Assembly (NCBI GenBank): GCA_030765335.1
Contig: JAVCCU010000016.1
Span: 1 to 61,829, forward strand
DNA: 61,829 bases
Direction: 5' to 3'
DNA from: Candidatus Kaelpia aquatica
GTDB taxonomy: Bacteria; Omnitrophota; Gorgyraeia; Kaelpiales; Kaelpiaceae
Positions 26,908 through 37,110 of this stretch are shown in pieces; the stretch's first letter is position 1; each line of letters starts with the position of its first letter. The position numbers and the translations under genes were made by a program. The notes under the pieces were generated by a model that worked only from the letters and a program-made list of their open reading frames with translations, made no database searches and was not told the origin of the DNA.

Positions 26908-28350
26908 TTATCGAGCAGAGAGAGAATTACCGTTTTTCTTACAGAGAGACTTAGAGCATTTTCCAGTCCAACACTGTAAGCAGAGCTTCTCTCTAGGCAG
27001 CCCTATTGCTTTAATCATATCCTCCATAGTTTGATAACGCAGACTACTGACCCCTGTATCATCTTTAACCCAATCAACCATCTTCTTGTATTTATCTGTC
27101 TCAGGATCAAGATACTCCGACACATCATCTATCTCCTTACCCTCTATATCTTTTATAGCACGCCTAGCTACTAACTCTCCTGTGGTCCGAGTTGATATAT
27201 TATATTTACAGGGAAACAGAAGCGGAGAAGACGCCACTCTAACATGAATCTCAGAAGCGCCTGAATTCCAGAGCTTTGTTATTGTAAAATTTTTAAGCTG
27301 AGTACCTCTGACAATAGAATCCTCGCAGAGAACTATTTTATTACCATTAATAATATCGCGAATAGGAATAAGTTTCATCGTAGCTATGAGATCTCTCCTA
27401 GATTGATTAGAAGGAGTATAGGACCTGCCATAACCAGGGGTATACTTAACAAGTGGACGACGGAAAGCAACTTTAGACTCCATAGCATAGCCAATAGCAT
27501 GAGCAGTACCGGAATCAGGAACACCGCAGACAAGATCAGGTTTTAAATCTTTATCTCTCTGAGCTAAAAGACGACCGCTGCGCTCTCTAGCAACCTCAAC
27601 ATTTATACCTTCGTAATTTGAAGCAGGGAAACCTGTATATATCCAAAGAAAGGAACATACCTGCATATCATCTCTCGGCTCTGATTTTAAGATCAAACCA
27701 TCTTTGTTAATTAAAACTATCTCTCCAGGCTCAAGGTACTTAACAACCTCAAAACCAAGATTGTGAAATGCCGTAGTCTCAGTCGTCACAGCCCATGAAG
27801 AATCCTTCTTTCCGACTACCAGCGGAGAATAGCCCAATCTATCTCTTGCAGCATAGATACCATCTTCATTTACAATAAGGAGAGAACAGGCTCCGTCGAT
27901 TAGCTCAAATAATTTTTCAACTCCAGAAACAAAATCGCTCTCTCTTGCAATGAGTTTAGCAGCTAATTCTGTCATATTTATGCCGCCCTTGGTAACTTCA
28001 CTCAATGTAATACCGTCTTCAAACATCCTGCTGGCTAGAGGCTGAGCATTAACAAGGTTACCGTTGGTAACCATACAGAAAGAACCCAATTTAGAGTTTT
28101 GAAAGATCGGCTGCTCATCAGAATCACTTACTACCCCTATTCCCCTATCTCCTTTGACACCTTCTATCTCATCGTAAAATTTAGATTTAAACTGACTCTG
28201 ACTTATATTATGGATTCTACGAAAAAAACCTTCTTCTCTCGAAATAGCAATACCACCATACTCTGCACCCAAATGTGAATGGTAGTCCACCCCATAAACT
28301 AAATCCTGAGAACAGTCGTTTTTTGAAATAACACCAAAGATGCCGCTCAT
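26908..28350 (-). CDS. purF: Amidophosphoribosyltransferase-like protein with Ser in place of the catalytic Cys1
   Basis: MSGIFG start after SD GGGGGA; PRT loop CEDSIVRGTQ, GVPDSG, RDRLG; four Fe-S-type Cys. Confidence 0.85.
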   Translation of the reverse strand: MSGIFGVISKNDCSQDLVYGVDYHSHLGAEYGGIAISREEGFFRRIHNISQSQFKSKFYDEIEGVKGDRGIGVVSDSDEQPIFQNSKLGSFCMVTNGNLVNAQPLASRMFEDGITLSEVTKGGINMTELAAKLIARESDFVSGVEKLFELIDGACSLLIVNEDGIYAARDRLGYSPLVVGKKDSSWAVTTETTAFHNLGFEVVKYLEPGEIVLINKDGLILKSEPRDDMQVCSFLWIYTGFPASNYEGINVEVARERSGRLLAQRDKDLKPDLVCGVPDSGTAHAIGYAMESKVAFRRPLVKYTPGYGRSYTPSNQSRRDLIATMKLIPIRDIINGNKIVLCEDSIVRGTQLKNFTITKLWNSGASEIHVRVASSPLLFPCKYNISTRTTGELVARRAIKDIEGKEIDDVSEYLDPETDKYKKMVDWVKDDTGVSSLRYQTMEDMIKAIGLPREKLCLQCWTGKCSKSLCKKNGNSLSAR

Positions 28351-28470
28351 TTCATCCCCCAATCTTTTAAATTAGATAAGAACTGCCATGCCTAATACTC
28401 CAGCATTATACAACAGGTGGGATTAATATCCATAAAAATATTGGGGAATCTGAAAAAATGGATTTTTGAC

Positions 28471-28659
28471 TCAATTCATACAATCTGGATCAGCTAAAAA
28501 TAGTCTTATCTTCTCTGCTTCATTTGAAGGAAGACTCCATTCTCTAACCATTCTCAGGACAGCTTCTTCCCGGACTTCTCTTCTCTGGTCACAGCGAGAG
28601 ATGTTTTTGATTCGGATCTTTAAGTATTTAGCCATATAACAGCAATCAATACACTTCAT
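28471..28659 (-). CDS. Small Cys-containing hypothetical protein (62 aa)
   Basis: Fills the recG-purF gap on the coding strand; promoter TTGTAT-17-TATAAT at 28729-28701. Confidence 0.45.
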   Translation of the reverse strand: MKCIDCCYMAKYLKIRIKNISRCDQRREVREEAVLRMVREWSLPSNEAEKIRLFLADPDCMN

Positions 28660-28781
28660 AGATCTGCCTTTATTTTATTTAACATCTTCATCTTAGCGCA
28701 ATTATACCATATTTTTAGATCAAATACAAACATCATTAATATTTTTAAAAAGTAATTACATAAACACTTCAGGTATAACAC

Positions 28782-30824
28782 TTAGAGAAATCTAAACCTA
28801 GACTTTAACTCCTCGGCTAAAGCCCTATTCGCCAAATCTTTTAAGAATGGATCTCTCTCAAGAAGCTCAAAAGCCTCCCCTCTGATACTCTCTAAGAGAT
28901 CTGCATTCTGATAAGCAAGTTGAAGAGATTCAGTAGATATAAAGCCGTGTTGTCTAATACCTAAAATTTCACCGCTACCCCTAATCTTGAGATCCTCTTC
29001 TGATATCCTGAAACCATCCTCTATGCTTACTATAGCATTAAGCCTTTTGTAAGCTTCGCCTGTTTTAGGATCAGCTAATAATATGCAATAAGCGTTTTGA
29101 GAAGCTCGACCAACCCTGCCTCTTAACTGATGGAGTTGTGATAGTCCAAATCGATCTGCATCTTCTATTATGATAATTGAAGCATCCGGAACGTCAATAC
29201 CAACCTCAATGACAATAGTGCTGACCAAAACTGAGATCTCTCCTTTTTTAAACTCATCAATAATCTTTTTCTTATCCTCCCCGCTCATCTTGCCGTGCAA
29301 AAGCGCCACCCTATCCGGACCTAGTAAAGATTCCAGATCTCTGTAAGCCTCTTGGACGTTTCTTAACTCATCCTCTGATTCTTCTATTCTTGGACAAACC
29401 ATAAAACCCTGAGCACCGCTATCGACCAGCTCTTTTAAAAAACTATAGACATACCTCCTTCTCTTGGTACCAACCCAATAAGTGCTTATCTTCTTCTCCC
29501 CAAAAGGAGTCTCTCTTATCGTCGATATATCCATATCTCCAAATATAGTCAATGCCAACGTTCTAGGTATAGGTGTTGCAGTCATGATTAAGTAATCCGG
29601 AGCGGAGCCCTTCTTTTTCAAAATTCTACGCTGCTGAACTCCAAATTTATGCTGCTCATCCACTACAATAAGACCGAGATTATTAAATTCAACATCTTCT
29701 TGCAGGAGAGCATGGGTCCCAACAACAACAGATATCTCTCCAGATGCAATATCTCCCACTATCTCTCTACGGCAATCTTTCTCAAGACCGCCTATAAGTA
29801 AACCTGTCTCAATATTAAAAGGAGAAAGAAACTCCGATATTTTAACATATTGCTGCTGAGCTAAAATCTCAGTAGGCACCATAATGGCTGTCTGATAGTT
29901 TCCAGATGCTGAAAGCAGAGAGGCATAAGCTGCTACAACAGTCTTGCCAGTCCCAACCTCCCCTTGAAGCAGCCTATTCATGGGAGAAGGAGCGCGCATA
30001 TCTTTCTCGATATTTCTTAAAACTCTCTCTTGAGCCTCGGTTAAACCAAAAGGTAAAGCATTTTTAAAATCCAACATTGTATCGGGAGTAAAATTATGAC
30101 TGACACCTTGCTCCAAAAACCTTCTTTTAACTCTTTTCATACCTATAGCAATCTGTATCATGAATATATCTTCAAACGCCAATCTATATCTGGCCTTTTC
30201 TGTGATATCGATATCCTGAGGAAGATGGAGATTAATTAAAGCATCGACCCTACCCATGATAGAATATCTATTAATTATAAAATCAGGTATAAACTCTTTT
30301 ATGCTCTCTTTATATCGCTCTAGCTGATCGCAAACTAGTTTCCGTATAAACTTTTGAGTCAATCTCCCAGAAAGAGGATATACTGAAACAATGCCTAAGT
30401 CTGGGTCTCCTGAAATCAGTATCTCATAATCAGGGGAGTTCATTCTTAATCCCTTGTAAAGATCAACCTTACCGTAAAGAACAATATCAGAACCCTTTTT
30501 AATTACATTTTGAAGATAGGGCTGATTAAACCAGCTGATATGAATATTTGAACTATCGTCATCAATAACAGCTTCATATATAGCAATATTACTTCTGGAA
30601 CGCCTAAGATTAGTACGTCTTACCTCTCCTCTAATTGCTGCTATATCGCCTGGATTCAACTCCGATATCTTCTTGATTATACGCCGATCTTCATACCTTC
30701 TCGGAAAAAGATAGAGCAGATCTCGCAAATTGCTAACGCCCAGAAGATTAAAATCAAGGGCCCTCTTAGGGCCAACCCCTTTAATATAGCGAATGTCGTT
30801 GAATAGACTATTTACCTCTTGCAT
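28782..30824 (-). CDS. recG: ATP-dependent DNA helicase RecG
   Basis: OB/wedge domain, LLQGEVGTGKT, VDEQHKFG, MTATPIPRTL, QLHQLRGRVGR. Confidence 0.97.
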   Translation of the reverse strand: MQEVNSLFNDIRYIKGVGPKRALDFNLLGVSNLRDLLYLFPRRYEDRRIIKKISELNPGDIAAIRGEVRRTNLRRSRSNIAIYEAVIDDDSSNIHISWFNQPYLQNVIKKGSDIVLYGKVDLYKGLRMNSPDYEILISGDPDLGIVSVYPLSGRLTQKFIRKLVCDQLERYKESIKEFIPDFIINRYSIMGRVDALINLHLPQDIDITEKARYRLAFEDIFMIQIAIGMKRVKRRFLEQGVSHNFTPDTMLDFKNALPFGLTEAQERVLRNIEKDMRAPSPMNRLLQGEVGTGKTVVAAYASLLSASGNYQTAIMVPTEILAQQQYVKISEFLSPFNIETGLLIGGLEKDCRREIVGDIASGEISVVVGTHALLQEDVEFNNLGLIVVDEQHKFGVQQRRILKKKGSAPDYLIMTATPIPRTLALTIFGDMDISTIRETPFGEKKISTYWVGTKRRRYVYSFLKELVDSGAQGFMVCPRIEESEDELRNVQEAYRDLESLLGPDRVALLHGKMSGEDKKKIIDEFKKGEISVLVSTIVIEVGIDVPDASIIIIEDADRFGLSQLHQLRGRVGRASQNAYCILLADPKTGEAYKRLNAIVSIEDGFRISEEDLKIRGSGEILGIRQHGFISTESLQLAYQNADLLESIRGEAFELLERDPFLKDLANRALAEELKSRFRFL

Positions 30825-30884
30825 TTTAATTAATAAATATGATAGTATTTAGAACTGTTTTTTACAAGCAAGGAGGAAATAATT

Positions 30885-31112
30885 ATGAGCAGAGTATGTC
30901 AAATGTGCGGCAAAGGACCGACCGCTGGACGCACAATAACAAGGCGTGGTATGGCTAAGAAAAAAGGTGGCGTAGGAAAGAAGACAACAGGAATATCAAA
31001 GAGACGATTCTTGCCTAACCTGCAGAATGTAAAAGTTAAAGTAGATGAACAAACTAAGACTATACGAATCTGTACATCTTGTATTTCAAAAGGTACAATT
31101 AAAAAAGTTTAA
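30885..31112 (+). CDS. rpmB: 50S ribosomal protein L28 (zinc-motif form)
   Basis: MSRVCQMCGK...RRFLPNLQ...ICTSC; SD AAGGAGG. Confidence 0.95.
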   Translation: MSRVCQMCGKGPTAGRTITRRGMAKKKGGVGKKTTGISKRRFLPNLQNVKVKVDEQTKTIRICTSCISKGTIKKV

Positions 31113-32809
31113 GCATCATCTTTAGACAACCTAAAATCCTCCAGAAAAAGAGTAACACTTTTAACTCCTTTCCAGATACCAACTGAAGGAATATAAGCAA
31201 TATCTATTAACTCTCCCACTTTGGGTAGATTATCACCATCTTTATCTTTATAAAGAACCTGCTGAGAAAAATCACCCTTCCTGACCCAAAACTTATAGAA
31301 GTTGCGCGCCAGAGGCCTGATACTAGAAACAACTTTGACTGAAGAAGTCAAAAATAGAGGCTCGGAATTCTCAGTTCCAAAAGGTTCAAGCAGCTCTAAA
31401 TCTTTGAAAAAACTATCATTCATTTGACCAAAATCCAATTCCCCGTCCAACTCAATTTTAGACACCAAAGAAACCTCCTTAAAGGCTTCCTGGGTAAGAT
31501 CGAACATTTTAGATTTAAACTTAGTCCAATTTTCTCTCTTTAAGGATATTCCACAGGCTGCGGCATGGCCGCCAAACTCTTCTAATATGTCAGTACATAA
31601 TGATACTGCTTTAAAAATGTTGAAATCGGGGATAGAGCGCCCGGACCCCTTAAGAAGTATATCAGACTCTGAAAAAACTATTGAAGGCCTATAATACTTA
31701 TCTGCTAATTTTGAAGCAACAATTCCCAAGACTCCAGGATGCCAGTCTCTACCCTTCACTATTACGATATTATCCTTTGAAAAATCAACCTCCTGATCAA
31801 CAGCTCTTAAAGACTCCTTCAAAATTTCAGCTTCTATCTCTCTGCGCCTTCTGTTGGACTCTTCAAGCTTAGAAGCCAACGCTTCTGCTTCAATCTTATC
31901 TTTTGATATTAAAAGCCTAAATGCATCTTCAGCCGAATCAATTCTTCCTGCAGCATTAAGTCGAGGTCCTAAAACAAACGCTATATTTCTAACGCTCACC
32001 TTATCTTTGCTTAAAGAGGCTGCGTTGAAAAGTTCCTTTAAGCCTACTCTCTCTGTTTCCGCTAAAATTTTAAGCCCCTCTTTAATAAGTATCCTGTTCT
32101 CACCTTTTAGTGATGCAACATCAGCAACGGTACCAAGGCACACAAGATCCAGAAAACCTAAAAGCCTCTCATCTTTTATGCCTAACATAGCCTCTAATAC
32201 CTTAAATACTAGCCCAACTGCTGCAAGATCTTTATCAGGATAGCTACAATCATTCTGCCAGGGGTCTATTATTGCATCTGCAGGGGGGTGGAGATTATCT
32301 TTGGGTCTATGGTGGTCTATTACGATAACATCTACACCGGAGTTTTTAAGTTTTTCTATTTCACTTATTGCAGTGATACCGCAATCAACGGATATAAACA
32401 GATCCACCTTAGAGCTTATTGCCGCGCTGACTGCAGAGTCGCTGATACCATAACCTTCATCTATTCTGTGTGGGAGATATGGAATAGGGTCGAGATTATT
32501 TATCCTGAAAAATTCATACAATAAGGCCAGCGAAGTTATCCCGTCAACATCGTAATCTCCCAGCACCATCACCTTCTCTCCCTTAACTATTGCCATCTTT
32601 ATTCTATCTACCGCTAAACTCATATCCTTAAGCAGATAAGGGTCATGGAGATCATAGAGCGTATGGAAGAGAAATCTTTCGGCTTCCACCATCTCAGATA
32701 TACCTCTATTTAAAAGAACACGGGAAAGGGTAAGAGAGATACCAAGATTAGCGCTAAGAAGATCGGCTTTCTTAGAGTCAAAATCACGGAGATGCCAAGC
32801 TTTGTTCAT
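31109..32809 (-). CDS. recJ: Single-stranded DNA exonuclease RecJ
   Basis: GDYDVDG, VDCG, IDHH, GTVADV, GPRLNAAGR, GSGRS, GGHAAACG. Confidence 0.97.
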   Translation of the reverse strand: MNKAWHLRDFDSKKADLLSANLGISLTLSRVLLNRGISEMVEAERFLFHTLYDLHDPYLLKDMSLAVDRIKMAIVKGEKVMVLGDYDVDGITSLALLYEFFRINNLDPIPYLPHRIDEGYGISDSAVSAAISSKVDLFISVDCGITAISEIEKLKNSGVDVIVIDHHRPKDNLHPPADAIIDPWQNDCSYPDKDLAAVGLVFKVLEAMLGIKDERLLGFLDLVCLGTVADVASLKGENRILIKEGLKILAETERVGLKELFNAASLSKDKVSVRNIAFVLGPRLNAAGRIDSAEDAFRLLISKDKIEAEALASKLEESNRRRREIEAEILKESLRAVDQEVDFSKDNIVIVKGRDWHPGVLGIVASKLADKYYRPSIVFSESDILLKGSGRSIPDFNIFKAVSLCTDILEEFGGHAAACGISLKRENWTKFKSKMFDLTQEAFKEVSLVSKIELDGELDFGQMNDSFFKDLELLEPFGTENSEPLFLTSSVKVVSSIRPLARNFYKFWVRKGDFSQQVLYKDKDGDNLPKVGELIDIAYIPSVGIWKGVKSVTLFLEDFRLSKDDA

Positions 32810-33498
32810 AAGGACTCGGTGCGCAGAAAGCCTTCAGCATATTTCTCTTTAAGCTGCAAGCTGCTGGCAAGCTTCATGTCTCTATCTAAGACCCTCTGAA
32901 CAAGAGAGTTCTCATGGCTATTAAAATCGGGGTTCTCTGCTTGAGACCTATGCTCCTTCAGAGATAGCGCCTTAAGCTCCATCAAGTGATTATCAAACCC
33001 AACAAAGAAATTAACATCCCTTTTATTAAAACTCTCCCAAACGCTCTTATAGCAATATATTATGGTTCTTATGCTATACTGCACTAAGGCCTCATCTATT
33101 ATCTGCGCTCCCATAATATGGGTAGAACCAGGGTCTCTATCAGTAGCTACAAAGACAATATCCGGCATAAATGTAGTCAGTAAATTATAGACAGCCTCTG
33201 TATCTTCTGAGTCTGGAACCCGATTGGAGTAAAAAGGTAGGTCCAGAAAGACTAAGTCTTTCTCTCTCACGCCTAAAACACCCATAGATTTAACAGCCTC
33301 TTTAGTTCTTATTTTTTTCTTCTTATAATTAGGAATATTGGAAAATACTCCTCTCTCTCCATCCGTAAGGTATGCAATCTTAAATATATTTCCCCTCTGA
33401 GCAATCTTATAGATTGTTACCCCCATCCCCACAACCTCATCATCGGGATGAGGAGAGAATATTAAGATCTTCTTATGCCTAGGAATAGAATCTATCAA
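32806..33498 (-). CDS. PIG-L/LmbE family de-N-acetylase
   Basis: FSPHPDDE, YLTDG, RTKEA, FLDLPFY, DRDPGSTH, EHRSQ. Confidence 0.85.
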   Translation of the reverse strand: MIDSIPRHKKILIFSPHPDDEVVGMGVTIYKIAQRGNIFKIAYLTDGERGVFSNIPNYKKKKIRTKEAVKSMGVLGVREKDLVFLDLPFYSNRVPDSEDTEAVYNLLTTFMPDIVFVATDRDPGSTHIMGAQIIDEALVQYSIRTIIYCYKSVWESFNKRDVNFFVGFDNHLMELKALSLKEHRSQAENPDFNSHENSLVQRVLDRDMKLASSLQLKEKYAEGFLRTESL

Positions 33499-35660
33499 CT
33501 CTTTTTACCCTTCATCCAATCTACTATCACAGGAGATGCAATAAAAACAGAGGAATAAGTTCCGACTATCACACCTACAAGCAATACAAACGAGAACGGA
33601 TTGATAACCTCCCCCCCAAAAAGAAAGAGAGATAATACCGTAAGAAGAGTGGTAAAAGAAGTTAGAAAAGTACGGCTTAAGGTTTGGTTGATCGAAAAAT
33701 TAACAAGCTCTGGAAGTTTCATCTTCTTTTGAAAATGCATATTCTCTCTTATCCTATCAAAAACAACAATGGTGTCATTTATAGAGTAGCCGACAACGGT
33801 AAGCAACGCTGCAATAACAGGCAGAGAAAATTCACGTTGAGTGAGACTCATAGCTCCAACACATATCAATATATCATGTAAAAGAGCTATTATCGCTACA
33901 ATTGCAAATTTAAACTTAAACCTGATGGCTATATAGATACACATTGCAATAAGAGCAAAGGTTATAGCTAATATCGCTTTTCTTTTTAAATCGGCACCTA
34001 CTATAGCCCCGACACTCTCCATTCTTAAGATTGTAGTATTATCTTTTCCAAAAACATCTCTTAATTTTGAGACTATATCTTCTGTAGCTCCAGCATAAGT
34101 ACGAATTATAAACCTCTTCGTATTCTTAACACGTTGAATAAGAGAGTCTCCTAACCCTATCTCAGACAAAGCGCTCCTTACATCATCTGTTGAGACTTCG
34201 TTCTTAAATTCATACTCTTGAAGAATTCCGCCTGTAAAATCAATGCCAAAATTCTTCTCTCCTCTGCTATAGAAAGAGAAGATTCCTATGATTATAAAAA
34301 CCAGAGATAAAAAATAAGCAAAACGCCGCTTCGATATAAATTTCAACTTAGGGGTTGTCGGGAATAGAGCAAACATCGGCAGCTTCTTCAAACCATAATA
34401 GGTCAAGCTATCAAATATAACCCTGGTCACAAAGAGTGCGGTAAACATGCTGGCTACTATACCTATGCTCAGAGTAGTCGCAAAACCACGAATCGGACCG
34501 GTTCCAAACTGAAATAGTATCAGGGCGGCTATAAGAGTAGTTAGATTGGCATCTAAGATAGTAACAAAGGCCTTCTGGTAGCCATATTGAATAGACGCAG
34601 AGAGAGGCTTGCCCAGCCTCAGCTCTTCTCTAATCCTTTCATAGATTAAAACATTGGCATCTACTGCCATGCCTATAGTAAGAACAATACCTGCAATTCC
34701 AGGCAGAGTAAGTGTAGCGCCAAAATAACCTAAAGCACCGAATATTATGACCATATTCAATATAAGAGCAACTAAGGCAACAGCACCTGCAAGCAGATAG
34801 TAGATAATCATAAACAGTGCAACTGCAGAACCACCCATTGCTATGGCCTTGAGACCTTTAAATATAGAATCTTTACCCATAAGAGGGCCGACAGTTCTCT
34901 CCTCTTCAATAACTAGAGGAGCGGGAAGAGAGCCGGCCTTTAAGACTATTGCCAAATCCCTTGCCTCCTGCAATCCAAACCTGCCACTTATAATAGCCTC
35001 ACCCGAAGGTATTCTCTCTTTTATGACAGGAGCTGACTTTATCTTTCCATCCAACAGTATCGCAAGCCTCTTGCCTACATTATCAGCTGTAATCCTGGCA
35101 AATTTACGGGCACCTTCAGCATCAAACTTAAGACCCACAATGGGCTGATTAAAACGCGATTGATCAAACCTTACTTCTGCATTTACAAGATGTTCACCCG
35201 TTAAAGCCGTATTACTATGTAACAACAGAGATTCCTCGTTAAGAGCACTGATCTCATAGCCTATTGGGATATTACCTGAAGAAGATCTCCTTATGAGCTC
35301 AGGATCAGAACTCACAAGCTTAAACTCTAACATAGCAGTCTGACCGATAAGATTAATCGCTCTATCTCTATCGTTGATACCAGGCAGCTGAATCAATATC
35401 TTATTCTTACCCTGCTTCTGTAATACAGGCTCTTTAACTCCAAATTGATCAATTCTATTTCTTAAGATCTCAAGCGCTCTATCAACAGCGCCTTCTCTTG
35501 CCTCCTCAAGAATCTTCTCAGTCTCGACTCTTAAAACAAGATGCATTCCGCCTTTTAAGTCCAATCCAAGGTTAATCTTATCCTGAAGCGGATAAAAGCT
35601 GGCTATAGAGAAGCCGACAATGGCTAGAATTAATAGTAGTTTCCAGAAAACATTTCTCAT
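33495..35660 (-). CDS. secDF: Fused protein translocase subunit SecDF
   Basis: LGLDLKGG, GMAVDANVLIYERIREE, GIDFTGG, GYSINDTIVVFDRIRE. Confidence 0.97.
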   Translation of the reverse strand: MRNVFWKLLLILAIVGFSIASFYPLQDKINLGLDLKGGMHLVLRVETEKILEEAREGAVDRALEILRNRIDQFGVKEPVLQKQGKNKILIQLPGINDRDRAINLIGQTAMLEFKLVSSDPELIRRSSSGNIPIGYEISALNEESLLLHSNTALTGEHLVNAEVRFDQSRFNQPIVGLKFDAEGARKFARITADNVGKRLAILLDGKIKSAPVIKERIPSGEAIISGRFGLQEARDLAIVLKAGSLPAPLVIEEERTVGPLMGKDSIFKGLKAIAMGGSAVALFMIIYYLLAGAVALVALILNMVIIFGALGYFGATLTLPGIAGIVLTIGMAVDANVLIYERIREELRLGKPLSASIQYGYQKAFVTILDANLTTLIAALILFQFGTGPIRGFATTLSIGIVASMFTALFVTRVIFDSLTYYGLKKLPMFALFPTTPKLKFISKRRFAYFLSLVFIIIGIFSFYSRGEKNFGIDFTGGILQEYEFKNEVSTDDVRSALSEIGLGDSLIQRVKNTKRFIIRTYAGATEDIVSKLRDVFGKDNTTILRMESVGAIVGADLKRKAILAITFALIAMCIYIAIRFKFKFAIVAIIALLHDILICVGAMSLTQREFSLPVIAALLTVVGYSINDTIVVFDRIRENMHFQKKMKLPELVNFSINQTLSRTFLTSFTTLLTVLSLFLFGGEVINPFSFVLLVGVIVGTYSSVFIASPVIVDWMKGKKS

Positions 35661-35707
35661 GTCATCCTCCTAATCATTAGAATAAATACTACATCAATCG
35701 GTTAATT

Positions 35708-36001
35708 TTATTCTGAGCTCTTCTTAACTCTTGCAACAGCACTTCTATCCAGGAGAATCTTTGTATTGTCATCTATCTTTAATAGGAATTCTCCCTTCTT
35801 GATATCTTGAATCACTCCATGTACTCCACCTATAGTAACAATTGAATCTCCCTTCTCAAGAGCATCCATCATCTTGTTATGCTCTTTCTGCTTCTTATGC
35901 TGAGGCCTAATAAGAAGAAAATAAAAGATAAAAAAGATGAGGATTAAAGGAAAGAGAGTAGCCATAGGGTTTGGTTGAGCTTGTACTTGTGCTAAAATCA
36001 T
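35708..36001 (-). CDS. yajC: Preprotein translocase subunit YajC
   Basis: FYFLLIRPQ.KKQKEH, GDSIVTIGGVHG. Confidence 0.95.
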   Translation of the reverse strand: MILAQVQAQPNPMATLFPLILIFFIFYFLLIRPQHKKQKEHNKMMDALEKGDSIVTIGGVHGVIQDIKKGEFLLKIDDNTKILLDRSAVARVKKSSE

Positions 36002-36002
36002 A

Positions 36003-37076
<1,074 letters not shown>

Positions 37077-37110
37077 TTAAACATCTAAGAAGCACTTAGA
37101 GGGTTTTGCT

